Origin: Fibrobacteria bacterium
GTDB lineage: Bacteria; Fibrobacterota; Fibrobacteria; UBA11236
Length of the DNA stretch: 64,000 nt
NCBI GenBank assembly: GCA_043745805.1
Contig: JAYTSD010000008.1
Coordinates: 224,001 to 288,000 of the forward strand
Reading direction: 5' to 3'
Part shown: positions 1 through 10,789 of the stretch, in pieces
Layout: each line of letters begins with the position of its first letter
Numbering within the stretch: position 1 is the stretch's first letter
Translations under genes and position numbers: made by a program
Notes under the pieces: model-generated
The model's input: only the letters and a program-made list of their open reading frames with translations
Databases searched by the model: none
What the model was told of the DNA's origin: nothing

Positions 1-1
1 T

Positions 2-367
2 GGCGATATAGTCTATGACACTTTAAAAGATATACCAGCCTTAACCTTGAACAAAACTTTTGGAGCATTTTACTCCACTATCATTTTCAAAAAAGGCACT
101 CTTAATACTCGCCAAACTTTAAAAATTAAAAATCCCGAAGCACAAAAATTAGTGGAAAGCATGGTGGCTGGTACGCCTTTAGATAAACGCTTTGTGTATT
201 ATGTGCTTGCAGCAACGGGAATTTGCGTGGTCCCCATTTCTTCTTTTTGTTCTGACTTGCTTGGCTTTCGTGTCACGCTTTTAGAAGAAGAAGAAGAGAA
301 AATGGTGTGGTTATATCAGCAACTTCGCGAAGCTATTTTGGAATACTTGGCTTCCACACCCAGTTAA
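2..367 (+). CDS. PLP-dependent class I/II aminotransferase, C-terminal part (5' truncated by window edge)
   Basis: Frame open from position 2 (GDIVYDTLKDIPALTLNKTFGAFY). The GAFY...GICVVPISSF...FRVTL pattern is typical of aminotransferase I/II C-termini. Confidence 0.75.
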   Translation, partial: GDIVYDTLKDIPALTLNKTFGAFYSTIIFKKGTLNTRQTLKIKNPEAQKLVESMVAGTPLDKRFVYYVLAATGICVVPISSFCSDLLGFRVTLLEEEEEKMVWLYQQLREAILEYLASTPS

Positions 368-371
368 ATAA

Positions 372-1400
372 TTAAGGATTTTCCGCGGCAGAAGTATCTG
401 CCGTGTTACTGTCGGTCGGCGAACTGGAATCAATCATCGGACGTGAACGCAAAGTTTTCCAGCGTTCTTCAGCAAGAGCCGAAGATAAAGAGTCGTAGGC
501 ATTTACATGAATGGAATCCTTATCATTCGCTTCAGAACCGTCCTCGGCCCCATTCTCCAATAACTCGGAAGCTTTAATGCCTTTATACATGGTCCAGTTT
601 CTCGTCACAAGACGTTTATGCTGTAAAAAACCATTAGTCGGTTTTAAAGGGTTCCAATGGGTGGGGCTAGGTAATAAACACACCAAGTTAAGCATTTCAT
701 CGGGGGTTAAATCCTGCATTTTTTTCTGATAATATTTTTGTGCAGCGGCTTTAATGCCAAATAGGCCTTCGTCGAATTGAGCCACATTCAGGTAAATTTC
801 TAAAATTCGATCCTTAGTCAATATTTCCTCTAACATTAGTGTCAGAATTGCTTCATGTGCCTTACGAGAAAGTTCTTTGTCCTTGTTGAGAAATAAATTT
901 TTAGCCACTTGTTGCGTAATGGTGCTCGCGCCCCGCGCTTGTTTACCCGCCTGATGATTGGCTACTAAGGCATATTCTATTTGCTCTAAATCAAAACCTT
1001 GATGGCTATAAAACTTGGAATCCTCCGCCACTAAAGCCATTTCCTGAAGCATGCGTGGAATAGTTTTGAGCGGCGCCCAGTCCCAAATAATAGGGATATT
1101 TTTGGGACTGTTTTTAGGGGGAATGAGTTTGCCTTTAACCATTTTTGGAGTAATTGCCTCCTGCATTAATCGTTCTTTTTCGGCCTCAATAAAGGTGGTG
1201 GTTTTAGGATTTTGATCGCGTAAAGCCCGTATTTCAAAAATGGGGAAAAAATTGGTCACTTGAAAAAATCCCCATACTAGGAGTATCAGGGAAAGGCCCA
1301 AGGCGATTTGATAAAAAGCCCAAATAGTTTTCCCTATATATTTGCAAATTTGCAAAAAAATGGAGGACACTTTTATCAAGAATGACATAAACGACTGCAT
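372..1400 (-). CDS. mtgA: Monofunctional peptidoglycan transglycosylase (GT51)
   Basis: N-terminal TM helix; motifs EDSKFYSHQGFD, GASTITQQVAKNLF, RKAHE, KDRILEIYLN; no transpeptidase domain. Confidence 0.92.
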   Translation of the reverse strand: MQSFMSFLIKVSSIFLQICKYIGKTIWAFYQIALGLSLILLVWGFFQVTNFFPIFEIRALRDQNPKTTTFIEAEKERLMQEAITPKMVKGKLIPPKNSPKNIPIIWDWAPLKTIPRMLQEMALVAEDSKFYSHQGFDLEQIEYALVANHQAGKQARGASTITQQVAKNLFLNKDKELSRKAHEAILTLMLEEILTKDRILEIYLNVAQFDEGLFGIKAAAQKYYQKKMQDLTPDEMLNLVCLLPSPTHWNPLKPTNGFLQHKRLVTRNWTMYKGIKASELLENGAEDGSEANDKDSIHVNAYDSLSSALAEERWKTLRSRPMIDSSSPTDSNTADTSAAENP

Positions 1401-1498
1401 AGGCTTCCTACTCTTGGAATTACACTCTGAGGGGATTTAATTAGGTTTTGCAACGTACAAAGTATAAAATGGATTTCAAAGGAAAGCATGACTCTTTT

Positions 1499-2272
1499 AT
1501 GACTCGTTTCCGACCTTGCATCGATTTGCATCAAGGCAAAGTTAAGCAAATTGTGGGCGGTTCGCTTACCGATTCTGGCGAAGCTCTAAAAACTAATTTT
1601 GTGTCGGAACATGCTTCGGCTTGGTTTGCCGAACTTTACCGCCGTGATGGCTTAACAGGTGGCCATGTAATTGCACTGGGGCTAGGCAATGATGACGCTG
1701 CTTTAGAGGCTTTAAAAACCTATCCTCAAGGTTTACAAATGGGAGGTGGAATTAATTTAGCTAATGCCGAAAAATATTTGCAAGCAGGCGCTAGTCATGT
1801 GATTGTTACCTCTTGGATTTTCCCCGAAGGGCAATTGGATTTATCAAGACTTGCACAACTTTCTTCCTCAATAGGAAAAAGCAAATTGGTATTGGATTTA
1901 AGTTGTCGACGTAAAGCTCAGGATTGGTTTGTAACTACCAATCGCTGGCAAACTTTTACGGCACAAGCTTTAACTTCCGAATTATTTACCGAGCTAGCCG
2001 CTTACTGCAATGAATTTTTAATTCATGCAGCGGATGTGGAAGGTCAATGCAAAGGCATCGATAGTGAATTAGTGAGCTTTCTTGGAAGCGCTTGTCCCTT
2101 GCCAGTTACCTATGCTGGCGGCGCACAGGATTTGTCTGATCTAAATAAAGTTCAACAATTAAGCCATGGCAAAGTAGATCTGACTATAGGTAGTGCTCTC
2201 GATATTTTTGGCGGCAGTTTAATTAAGTATGCGGATTGTGTGAATTATAATTCGCAACAAAAATCCCGCTAA
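1499..2272 (+). CDS. hisA: ProFAR isomerase, eukaryotic (HIS6-like) type
   Basis: MTRFRPCIDLHQGKVKQIVGGSL, GGHVI, LVLDLSCR, HAADVEG, DLTIGSALDIFGG. ATG at 1499 preferred over the upstream TTG. Confidence 0.92.
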   Translation: MTRFRPCIDLHQGKVKQIVGGSLTDSGEALKTNFVSEHASAWFAELYRRDGLTGGHVIALGLGNDDAALEALKTYPQGLQMGGGINLANAEKYLQAGASHVIVTSWIFPEGQLDLSRLAQLSSSIGKSKLVLDLSCRRKAQDWFVTTNRWQTFTAQALTSELFTELAAYCNEFLIHAADVEGQCKGIDSELVSFLGSACPLPVTYAGGAQDLSDLNKVQQLSHGKVDLTIGSALDIFGGSLIKYADCVNYNSQQKSR

Positions 2273-3219
2273 TGGAAAATCCTAATCCCCACGCCTCACA
2301 AAATATTAAACCGGTTGAATCTAATGCCTCGATTGAGCTTGTCATTAGTTCGCTGCAAGCTAAGGTATTGGATTATTCTTTATTATTAGCTTCGCAGCAA
2401 ATTGATCATTGGATTGACTTTCGTGAAGGGAAATACATTCTTTGTGTAGAGGAACAAGATCAAACTCATGCACGCTCAGTATTAGCTTTATACCTTAACG
2501 AAAATCGGCATTTTTATAAAGCAGAAAGCTCCAGCGAATTGGATTTACTAATTTCTCCTTTGCTGTATTTAATTGTGCCAATTGCTCTTTATTTTTGGCA
2601 AGGAATAGATATCTCGGCACAATGGTTGGAAAAACGCGGTCGCGCCGATGCAGACTTAATTTTAAATGGGCAATGGTGGCGTACTTTTACCGCCTTGACT
2701 TTGCATGCGGATGCGCAACATTTATTAGGAAATTTATTATCGGGTTATTTTATTTTGAATTTATTAGGGCATCGTTTACGCATCGGAACACTTATGCTTT
2801 GTACCACTCTATTAGCGGCCTTAGCTAATTTTGCAGTGGCTTTAACTTCCACACCCAATCATGCCTCTTTAGGCTTTTCCACCGCTATTTTTACTGCCTT
2901 AGGATTATTAGCCGCTTGCGAAACGCAAGAACGTTGGGGAGTAACTTTTAGGTTACGAAAACTTACCCCTTTGTTTTCCGCTTTTTTTATCGCGGTATTG
3001 ATTGGCTTAGGAGAGAATGCGGATATTAAAGCGCATTTTTATGGATTTGGTTTGGGTGTTTTGGGTGGTTCTTTATTTCGCTTAATGCCTAGTCCGATAA
3101 AAACCAATGCACAAACAAAATCAAAACAGCTTTCGACTCAGAGTATGGCTATGCAAGGCCTATTGGTTGGCGCCTGCTATGCTTTGTTTGTAGCCGCATG
3201 GATGCTGGCGGCTCGATAA
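2272..3219 (+). CDS. Rhomboid family intramembrane serine protease
   Basis: GQWWRTFTALTLH, HLLGN, catalytic GFS and AHFYG, multiple TM segments; overlaps the hisA stop. Confidence 0.88.
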   Translation: MENPNPHASQNIKPVESNASIELVISSLQAKVLDYSLLLASQQIDHWIDFREGKYILCVEEQDQTHARSVLALYLNENRHFYKAESSSELDLLISPLLYLIVPIALYFWQGIDISAQWLEKRGRADADLILNGQWWRTFTALTLHADAQHLLGNLLSGYFILNLLGHRLRIGTLMLCTTLLAALANFAVALTSTPNHASLGFSTAIFTALGLLAACETQERWGVTFRLRKLTPLFSAFFIAVLIGLGENADIKAHFYGFGLGVLGGSLFRLMPSPIKTNAQTKSKQLSTQSMAMQGLLVGACYALFVAAWMLAAR

Positions 3220-3260
3220 ATCTCAGTTACCTCTGGGTTACTGAAGCAACAGAGCTCAGC

Positions 3261-4268
3261 CTAATCGTGTAAATGACCATGTACAATAGTGTGATCCACT
3301 TTAAATAGTTTAGCGAATATCGCCACGCGCATCCACATGCCATTGCGTTCTTGTCTCCAATATTTAGCGCGCGGATCCGTGTCAACTGCAGGATGAATTT
3401 CATCCCGGCGAGGAAGTGGATGCATGATGACACCATCGGATTTCAATAAAGGCAAATGCTCCACACCAAACTTGAATTGGGAAAGATCGATTTTATCGCT
3501 TTCTCCATTTTTATCATGTTCATTTTGAATGCGAGTAATATAAATCCCATCTAATTCGGGAAGGGCTTCGCGCATATTTTGCGTTTCGCGAAATTCTACA
3601 CCATGTAATTGTAAATGAGCTTTAATGTCCTCTTCCATTTTAAATTGTTCAGGCGCAATAAAAACTAATTTCACATTTTTATAATTTTTCATGAGATAGC
3701 ATAAAGAACGGACCGTGCGGCCACGTTTTAAATCGCCCATCATGCCAATGACTTTACCATCAATGCCACCGCGATGCTTGAAGCTACGTTCTAGTGTGTA
3801 AATATCCAGCAAGGCTTGTGTGGGATGTTGATCTTTACCACTTCCGGCATTAATCACAGGAACACGGCGTTGCACACTATCAAATAGCTTTGCTGCCGAT
3901 TCGGCAAGTCCTTCTTCATTAGTGCGCATTATCACAACATCGACATAAGAGCTAAAAGTGCGTAAGCTATCGAGGTGACTTTCACCCTTAACTTCAGAGC
4001 TGGTAGCCGAGTCGCGAATTTCACTGGTTTGCATACCTAAAATTTGACAGGCATTATTGAATGACAAAAAGGTACGCGTAGAGGGTTGCGTAAAATAAAG
4101 CATGGCCCGCTTATGCGCGAGTAGTCCTCGTAAGAAAAGTAAACCTTCTTTTTCTTTTGCAAAACGGCGTATAGCCGTAGTGAGTTCACATAAATCATCG
4201 AGCAAAGCACGATTAAATTGTTGAGTTTTAAGAATGTGGAAAAATTCGCCGTGAGGTGGATATATCAT
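3261..4268 (-). CDS. pyrB: Aspartate carbamoyltransferase catalytic subunit
   Basis: FTQPSTRT, KGES, HPTQALLD, GDLKRGRTVRSL, HPLPR. ATG at 4268 is the likely start. Confidence 0.93.
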   Translation of the reverse strand: MIYPPHGEFFHILKTQQFNRALLDDLCELTTAIRRFAKEKEGLLFLRGLLAHKRAMLYFTQPSTRTFLSFNNACQILGMQTSEIRDSATSSEVKGESHLDSLRTFSSYVDVVIMRTNEEGLAESAAKLFDSVQRRVPVINAGSGKDQHPTQALLDIYTLERSFKHRGGIDGKVIGMMGDLKRGRTVRSLCYLMKNYKNVKLVFIAPEQFKMEEDIKAHLQLHGVEFRETQNMREALPELDGIYITRIQNEHDKNGESDKIDLSQFKFGVEHLPLLKSDGVIMHPLPRRDEIHPAVDTDPRAKYWRQERNGMWMRVAIFAKLFKVDHTIVHGHLHD

Positions 4269-4371
4269 AATGGCCTTGAAGATAAAACTTGGAGACCCCA
4301 ATGGCAATGGAGAGAATCAACCATTTTACTAACTTGTTGCGCATATTTTAAAACCAACAAAAGGTGTTTCT

Positions 4372-5607
4372 GTGGCAAAAATCAATAGTAATTATCAAAA
4401 ACTTCAAGCAGGCTATCTATTCCCAGAAATTGGCAAGCGCGTAAAAGCTTTTAGTACGGAAAATCCCTCTGCAAAAATTATTCGCTTAGGAATTGGTGAT
4501 GTAGTAAGGCCTTTGCCAAAACCCATTTTAGAGGCTATGCATAAAGGTGTTGACGAACTTGGCTCGCGTGAAAATTTTAAAGGTTATGGTCCCGAACAAG
4601 GTTATGACTTTTTATTGCAAGCCATCTCCAAACATTTTTATAGTCAAGGCGCAAAGATAGAGCCGGATGAAATTTTTGTTTCCGATGGTTCAAAATGCGA
4701 TACCGCAAATATTCAAGAAATTTTTGGCTTAGATAATATTATTGCCGTTACCGATCCCGTTTATCCCGTTTATGTGGATACCAATGTAATGGCTGGCCGC
4801 ACTGGCATTGCTGAAAATAGTCGCTATGGCAAATTAGTGTATATGCCGACCACCGCGGAAAATGGTTTTGATCCCGAATTACCCGATCAAACTAAAGGGC
4901 ATGTGGATTTAATTTATCTCTGCTCACCTAATAATCCTACGGGCGCAGTTATGCCACGCGCATCTTTAGAGAAATGGGTGAAATACGCAAAAGAAAATAA
5001 TGCCATAATTCTTTTTGATGCGGCCTATGAAGCTTTTATCACCGAACCCAATTTAGTGCATTCCATTTACGAAATTCCTGGCGCTCGTGAAGTAGCTATT
5101 GAATTTCGCAGCTTTTCTAAAACCGCAGGATTTACCGGCGTACGTTGCGCTTATACGGTTGTTCCTAAAGATTTAAAAGCCTTTAATGAAAAAGGTGAAT
5201 CCGTTGCGCTGCATGGTTTATGGAATCGCCGCCAAACCACCAAGTTTAATGGTGTTTCATATCCCGTACAAAAAGCTGCGGAAGCGGTTTTCAGTGAAGA
5301 AGGCGCAGCTGCGGTAAAAGAAGTTATAAGTTACTATATGGAAAATGCGCGACTTATTCGTGAAGGTTTGCAAAAAGCTGGTTTCACTGTTTATGGTGGT
5401 ATAAATGCGCCCTATATTTGGTTGCAAACCCCGCAAGGTTTAACTTCTTGGGATTTTTTCGACAAACTTTTACGCGAAGCCCATGTGGTCGGCACACCTG
5501 GATCCGGCTTTGGGAGTTGCGGAGAAGGCTTTTTCCGCCTTTCTGCTTTTGGCTGGCGTGAAAATGTTTTAGAGGCAATTGCCCGTATTCAAACTCAGTT
5601 GAAATAA
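4372..5607 (+). CDS. dapL: LL-diaminopimelate aminotransferase
   Basis: [66 protein letters not shown] start. Confidence 0.96.
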   Translation: MAKINSNYQKLQAGYLFPEIGKRVKAFSTENPSAKIIRLGIGDVVRPLPKPILEAMHKGVDELGSRENFKGYGPEQGYDFLLQAISKHFYSQGAKIEPDEIFVSDGSKCDTANIQEIFGLDNIIAVTDPVYPVYVDTNVMAGRTGIAENSRYGKLVYMPTTAENGFDPELPDQTKGHVDLIYLCSPNNPTGAVMPRASLEKWVKYAKENNAIILFDAAYEAFITEPNLVHSIYEIPGAREVAIEFRSFSKTAGFTGVRCAYTVVPKDLKAFNEKGESVALHGLWNRRQTTKFNGVSYPVQKAAEAVFSEEGAAAVKEVISYYMENARLIREGLQKAGFTVYGGINAPYIWLQTPQGLTSWDFFDKLLREAHVVGTPGSGFGSCGEGFFRLSAFGWRENVLEAIARIQTQLK

Positions 5608-5669
5608 ATTACTTGCGCAATCAACATTTTAACTTAAATTGCTTTTGTCAGGACAAATAAGGAGAGCCT

Positions 5670-6233
5670 ATGAAAATGTGGAAAAAAATTGTTTTAGTTT
5701 TAACCTTTTCCGTAAGTGCATTATGCGCGCAAGGAAAAGAAAAGTTTGGGATGGGTTTTCAATTAGGAAGTCCAACGGCTCTTAATTTTAAATACTGGTT
5801 AGATGGAAGTCATGCCTTGGATTTTGCTTTGGGCTCAGGGTATGGTCATGGAGGTTACGGAGATAGCCGATGTAATGGACGAGGGTACTATAATGACAAT
5901 ACCCATTATTGCAATGATCAATATGACCGCTATGATTATTATGGACACAACGGATGGGAAGGATTGCATTTTCATGCGGATTATTTAATTCATAATTTCA
6001 GCGTGTTTCATACCTCAGAACGATTGGCCTTATACTACGGACCAGGATTTTCCTTAGATACCTATGGAGGTAACAATAATTTTTTTGCAGGCCTTAGAGG
6101 GATGTTTGGAATTGATTGGATGCCACGTGCCATTCCATTTGATTTTTTCTTTGAACTCGGTCCTCATTTAAATGTGATTCCATTTTTTGATCTTGGTTTC
6201 GACGCAGGCATAGGCGCACGGTTCTGGTTTTAA
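5670..6233 (+). CDS. Exported small beta-barrel-like protein (DUF3996-like)
   Basis: AAGGAG RBS, signal peptide, FGMGFQLGSPTALNFKYWL, amphipathic strands, C-terminal GARFWF ending in Phe. Confidence 0.7.
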   Translation: MKMWKKIVLVLTFSVSALCAQGKEKFGMGFQLGSPTALNFKYWLDGSHALDFALGSGYGHGGYGDSRCNGRGYYNDNTHYCNDQYDRYDYYGHNGWEGLHFHADYLIHNFSVFHTSERLALYYGPGFSLDTYGGNNNFFAGLRGMFGIDWMPRAIPFDFFFELGPHLNVIPFFDLGFDAGIGARFWF

Positions 6234-6239
6234 AGATTT

Positions 6240-8594
6240 TTATAAACGGCTATAACAATCCAAAATTTGTTGAGCCGTTTTTTCCCAGCTAAAAGTTTCA
6301 TTTACATATTCACATAATTCTTTTGGCGAGTCCGAATCAAAGCTCTCCAAAATAGCCCGCTTGATACTTTCAGGTTGATCTGGTTCACAATAATGAATTC
6401 TATCTCCAAAATAATCTTTAGCAGTGCCCCAAGATGTACTCACTATGCGACAGCCCGCCGCAGCGGCTTCCAAGCTAACCAAGCCGGGTAATTCATACCA
6501 ACTAGGTAAAACATGCAGCCTTGCTGCTCCAAAGGCAGAAACTAATTCTTCGAAGGGCAATCGATTAAAAAAATACACATTGGAAGCTGCATAATTTTTA
6601 TAAACACTTACCAAATCTAAATCGTGAAAATCGCCGATCAAAACCAATTTTAAATGTGGTAATTTACGAAACACTTCAATCAATGTGCATTGATTTTTTC
6701 TCGGTTCAACTCGACCTACGCAAAGCACAAAATCTTTTAGCCCATATTTTTGAGTAAATAAATTTCCCTTAGCATTTTTAAAGGCTGAGTTAAATCCATA
6801 GGATATTTCTTGGATGGGAACTTTAATGCTAAACTTTTCAATAAGCAATTCAGATTCAGTTTTCCCACTAGTTAAAATCATATCCGAATAATTTAAAATT
6901 TCCTGTTGTTTTAATTTGTCGCCAATTCCAAAATATTTTGCGTACTGAGTAGCTAATGGATTTGAAGTTTCTAATTTATCAAATGCCTCTTTTATTTGCT
7001 CAAAACTAAAAACATGTTTATTCTTCGCCATAGCATGAAAAAGCATATCCATTTTATTTGAAGAAATTAAATAGCGATCCATATCCTCGTATAAAGCATG
7101 TACCACTATTTTTTTGTTTTGTCTTTTCGCATTTACAATTTGTTCATGCGTATCTTTGGTTCTACTAATATTATTTAATTGAACAATTTCATAATCTTTT
7201 AAATCGGGAGACAAGGATAAGGATGATGAAGCAGCGATACCAAATGATTTCATCGCTTTTAGAGTTTCATGGAAAACGGTTCCATCCCCACCGGGCAATG
7301 CATCCAAGTCTTCTCGAGATTGCCATAATACCTTGGTTTTTACTCTTAACAGCTCCTCTTTTTTCCTATTTGCATTAGTGGCAATTGTTTGAGAAGAAGG
7401 CCTTAGTCGAAAGCGCGTACTGTCTCCGAAAACAATTGCAGGCAATTTTTCCAAAATGGAATGTTGGAAATCAAAGAGTTTAAAATGGGATGCGTTGTCA
7501 TGTTTTTGAATACTTAAAAAGTTAGCAGCAATAGTTGGATTTGATTTATCAAGACGAGAAAAAACGCTTATGGCTTCTTCTATCTCGCCACTGAGAGAAA
7601 GAGCTATGCCTAAATTATTTAATATCTCAGGATTCGGTCCTCCCATTTCAATCGCTTCGCGATATCTAATTATTGCCTCTTTGTATCCTAAACGCGCCCT
7701 TGAATTAATTAATAGATTAGCAAAATCAGCAAGCGCGGTGGCTTTAAAAATTTTATCTTTATCATTTTCTAGTTCTGGATAAATTTCTTCAATCGGTATA
7801 TTAACCCTATAATATTCCAAAATACGATTCACTTCAGCTGTAACTTTAGCGGCATTTACATAGGAAAGATTTTTTTCATTTTCAAAATATAAAGCCAGTG
7901 GTTTGGAAATGTGGTAAGCGCCAGATTTACGTGAAGCACGAAGGAAAAATTCATAATCTCCAGCAACACAATAGCTTTCATCAAAGCTACCTACGGACTC
8001 ATGGAGAGTTCGGCGCCACATCACCTGACATCCAAAGGGACAATCAATTAAGGCCTGTCTTAAATTGAAATCAGGTAATTTCCAATGCACATTCGCCGTG
8101 TTTTGAGAAAAAGTTTCATTCTCTACATGGGTTAGCAAAGCATCAGAATAAACTACACCCTCAGTTCTAGCATCCAAAACTTGAGCCATAATTTCGAAGG
8201 CGTGCGAATGCTGTCTATCATCTGTATTCGCATTGGTTAAATAGCTAGCTTGAGAAAGTTTTATCGCGCGATTCCAAGCCGCATAAAGCGTTTCTCTGGA
8301 AGTACGTAAATATTGAATATGAGGATATTTTTTCTGAAATTCCAAAGCATATTTACCTTCGTTTTGCTGCGATCCGCTGTCGATAATTAAAATTTCTAAT
8401 TGCCCATTCAAATAAAGGGTTTGGGCTAAGAGATTTTCCAAACAACCCTTAAAATAAAGTTCCGAATTATAGGTTGAAACGATTGCGGTCACCTTATACT
8501 TATTATTTTTCAAAGGTATTATTGGATCTATAGACTGAGAAAGACTAATATTTTCCAGCACCAATTTACAGGAGGTGGCTTCAATGTTTTGCAT
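6240..8594 (-). CDS. Multidomain glycosyltransferase GT2-TPR-GT4
   Basis: N-terminal IVSTYNS...IIDSGS...ANTDD...GDYEF (GT2); NNLG TPR; C-terminal VGRVEPRKNQ and ELPGLVSLEAAAAG (GT4). Confidence 0.88.
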   Translation of the reverse strand: MQNIEATSCKLVLENISLSQSIDPIIPLKNNKYKVTAIVSTYNSELYFKGCLENLLAQTLYLNGQLEILIIDSGSQQNEGKYALEFQKKYPHIQYLRTSRETLYAAWNRAIKLSQASYLTNANTDDRQHSHAFEIMAQVLDARTEGVVYSDALLTHVENETFSQNTANVHWKLPDFNLRQALIDCPFGCQVMWRRTLHESVGSFDESYCVAGDYEFFLRASRKSGAYHISKPLALYFENEKNLSYVNAAKVTAEVNRILEYYRVNIPIEEIYPELENDKDKIFKATALADFANLLINSRARLGYKEAIIRYREAIEMGGPNPEILNNLGIALSLSGEIEEAISVFSRLDKSNPTIAANFLSIQKHDNASHFKLFDFQHSILEKLPAIVFGDSTRFRLRPSSQTIATNANRKKEELLRVKTKVLWQSREDLDALPGGDGTVFHETLKAMKSFGIAASSSLSLSPDLKDYEIVQLNNISRTKDTHEQIVNAKRQNKKIVVHALYEDMDRYLISSNKMDMLFHAMAKNKHVFSFEQIKEAFDKLETSNPLATQYAKYFGIGDKLKQQEILNYSDMILTSGKTESELLIEKFSIKVPIQEISYGFNSAFKNAKGNLFTQKYGLKDFVLCVGRVEPRKNQCTLIEVFRKLPHLKLVLIGDFHDLDLVSVYKNYAASNVYFFNRLPFEELVSAFGAARLHVLPSWYELPGLVSLEAAAAGCRIVSTSWGTAKDYFGDRIHYCEPDQPESIKRAILESFDSDSPKELCEYVNETFSWEKTAQQILDCYSRL

Positions 8595-10789
8595 TATAGC
8601 AGCTTAACTACGGCATTATTTTTATAGGCCTCAATATACTTCGAGTGAATAGCTTTGATCTCATCCGCTGCGTTTTGTTCACCCGATAATGATTCCTTGC
8701 TTAACCATACTAATCCAGTAAATATTGGAATATGCCTTAGCGGATAATGCCATCCTATACGTAACCAAAAATCTTGATCTCCAATAGCCTTATATCGTCC
8801 ATCAAAATATCCAATATGCGCATGTAAAGTTTTACGCCAAATTGGATGAGGACCAACCAAACAGCTTAAAAGCATATCTTCATATTTATATTCAGGCCAA
8901 ACAAAAGCACCATTATACTCGTGAGAGGGTTTATGTTGACCAAATTTCTCATGAGGGTTATCCGTTAAATAGGAATCGCCATAAATTAACATGACTTCCG
9001 AATTATTATCTAATGCTTCGCATAAAATTTCATAAGCCTTAGGATTTAATACATCATTAGTACTAAATGGTGTGAGATAATTTGCAGAAGCTACATGAAT
9101 AGCCAAATTCCATGCGGGATAGATACCTATGCGCTCCGGAGTGCGTAGGTATTTTATATTCGAATAACGCTTTTGATACGCTAAGACAATACTTTTTTCG
9201 TTCTGATTTGAATGCGCATCAACAATAATAATTTCAATTTGATCGAAAATGGATTGGGCAATTAAGTTTTCCAAACATTCTTGCATAAACTCTTCTGAAT
9301 TATAAGTAGATACTAATACTGACAAACGATAGTTTCGTGATACATAACCTAATGCAGAAACATCGCATTTAAGAAAAAAATGCTGTAAATATTTGTTTTC
9401 TTTATCGATCAAATAATTTGTCATTTCTAAATCATCAGGGTGTTCGTCGAGAAAACAATAAACCATAGCAAATAAGTCATTATATAATCCAAAATCTGGT
9501 AATAAATCTCCGCAGTTCATTAAAGCATTGCGATCATAGGGATCGGCCTTAACGGCCTCAAAGAAATAACGCAAAGCCATTTCATTTTTTCCACTTACTA
9601 AAGATATCACCCCTAAATTATTAAGAGTGCGGCTATGTATGGGCTGCTTTTTTAATACATCGAATAACAAACTTTCAGCCAAGGAGAAATTATTTTCTGA
9701 AAATGCTTTTTCTGCCAATTCATTTTGTTCGTCAAACCAATTTGACTCTTGAGCGGTATCCAGATCAACCGCTGTATAACAGATCCAATCTTTATTCATG
9801 GGAATTAATTGTATTGGTAAATTCTTTAAATCGAGCTGTAATTCTGCACTTCCTAAAAAGGCTTGCTGTCCTAATGGTATGTCTAAATTTTCAATCCCAA
9901 AATTAAACTCAGGTAAAATATTTTTTATTTTGGCTGACATAAACTTTAGTGCACTGGCATATTCAACATAACAATATTCTAATACTTCTCGAGTAATAGG
10001 ATAATGAGAATGTTTGTTGGGAATAATAATATTATTATTAACCATCACTAAAGCATGAAAATGAAAAAATATCAAAGGATATTTTTTATTTAGTTCAACA
10101 GTTCCATGATCATTTCGACGGATATTATATTGCTCATGATTCCAAGGTGCAACACCTGCACCAATATGTTGTAAAACTTTCACACCCGAAAATCTTTGTG
10201 GCCAATCATTCAAATACATTTGATCACCCATTTTGCCATCAGAATATTGCTCATAGCACCATTCTAAACAGCGTTCACGCCACCATTGCAGAACCCTCAT
10301 CCCTTCTAAATTGTTGCGGAAACCTAAAAGGCCGACATTGTATTTTCCACTTTGAACTTCTAATTTCACCAAGCCTCGAGAAAAACGATGCTCATGAATT
10401 AATACCGAAGCCTGATTAAATTCATCAAAAATAGGAGCGGGAGATGAATAAAAGAATAAATCGGAATCAACATAAGTTAAAGCATCAATGCTTGGATATT
10501 TTTCCAAAACCCATTTAATAATGGTGGGAGTGCAAGTCCAATAATATTCGACCAAACTGCGATTTTTTTTTGCATCCTGAAGTGGCATATCATTATGCTC
10601 TACTTCATGAAAGGCAATAATAGTAATATTTTGAATTTTTAATTTAAATAATACAGCACGACTAATTTCATCCAAACAAATTACATAAACATGAAACGAA
10701 GACTCTTCCCAATGTTGCAATGATTCAAGTAAGGCCAAGCCTTTAGCCAAATAATTACGATCAAAATAAGTACAATAATAGCGAGCCAT
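8594..10789 (-). CDS. Multidomain glycosyltransferase: GT-A domain, TPR, GT2
   Basis: N-terminal CTYFDRNYL...YVDSDLFF...GDQMYL...APWN; NNLG TPR; C-terminal LVSTYNS...IVDAHS...GDQDFW. Confidence 0.85.
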   Translation of the reverse strand: MARYYCTYFDRNYLAKGLALLESLQHWEESSFHVYVICLDEISRAVLFKLKIQNITIIAFHEVEHNDMPLQDAKKNRSLVEYYWTCTPTIIKWVLEKYPSIDALTYVDSDLFFYSSPAPIFDEFNQASVLIHEHRFSRGLVKLEVQSGKYNVGLLGFRNNLEGMRVLQWWRERCLEWCYEQYSDGKMGDQMYLNDWPQRFSGVKVLQHIGAGVAPWNHEQYNIRRNDHGTVELNKKYPLIFFHFHALVMVNNNIIIPNKHSHYPITREVLEYCYVEYASALKFMSAKIKNILPEFNFGIENLDIPLGQQAFLGSAELQLDLKNLPIQLIPMNKDWICYTAVDLDTAQESNWFDEQNELAEKAFSENNFSLAESLLFDVLKKQPIHSRTLNNLGVISLVSGKNEMALRYFFEAVKADPYDRNALMNCGDLLPDFGLYNDLFAMVYCFLDEHPDDLEMTNYLIDKENKYLQHFFLKCDVSALGYVSRNYRLSVLVSTYNSEEFMQECLENLIAQSIFDQIEIIIVDAHSNQNEKSIVLAYQKRYSNIKYLRTPERIGIYPAWNLAIHVASANYLTPFSTNDVLNPKAYEILCEALDNNSEVMLIYGDSYLTDNPHEKFGQHKPSHEYNGAFVWPEYKYEDMLLSCLVGPHPIWRKTLHAHIGYFDGRYKAIGDQDFWLRIGWHYPLRHIPIFTGLVWLSKESLSGEQNAADEIKAIHSKYIEAYKNNAVVKLL

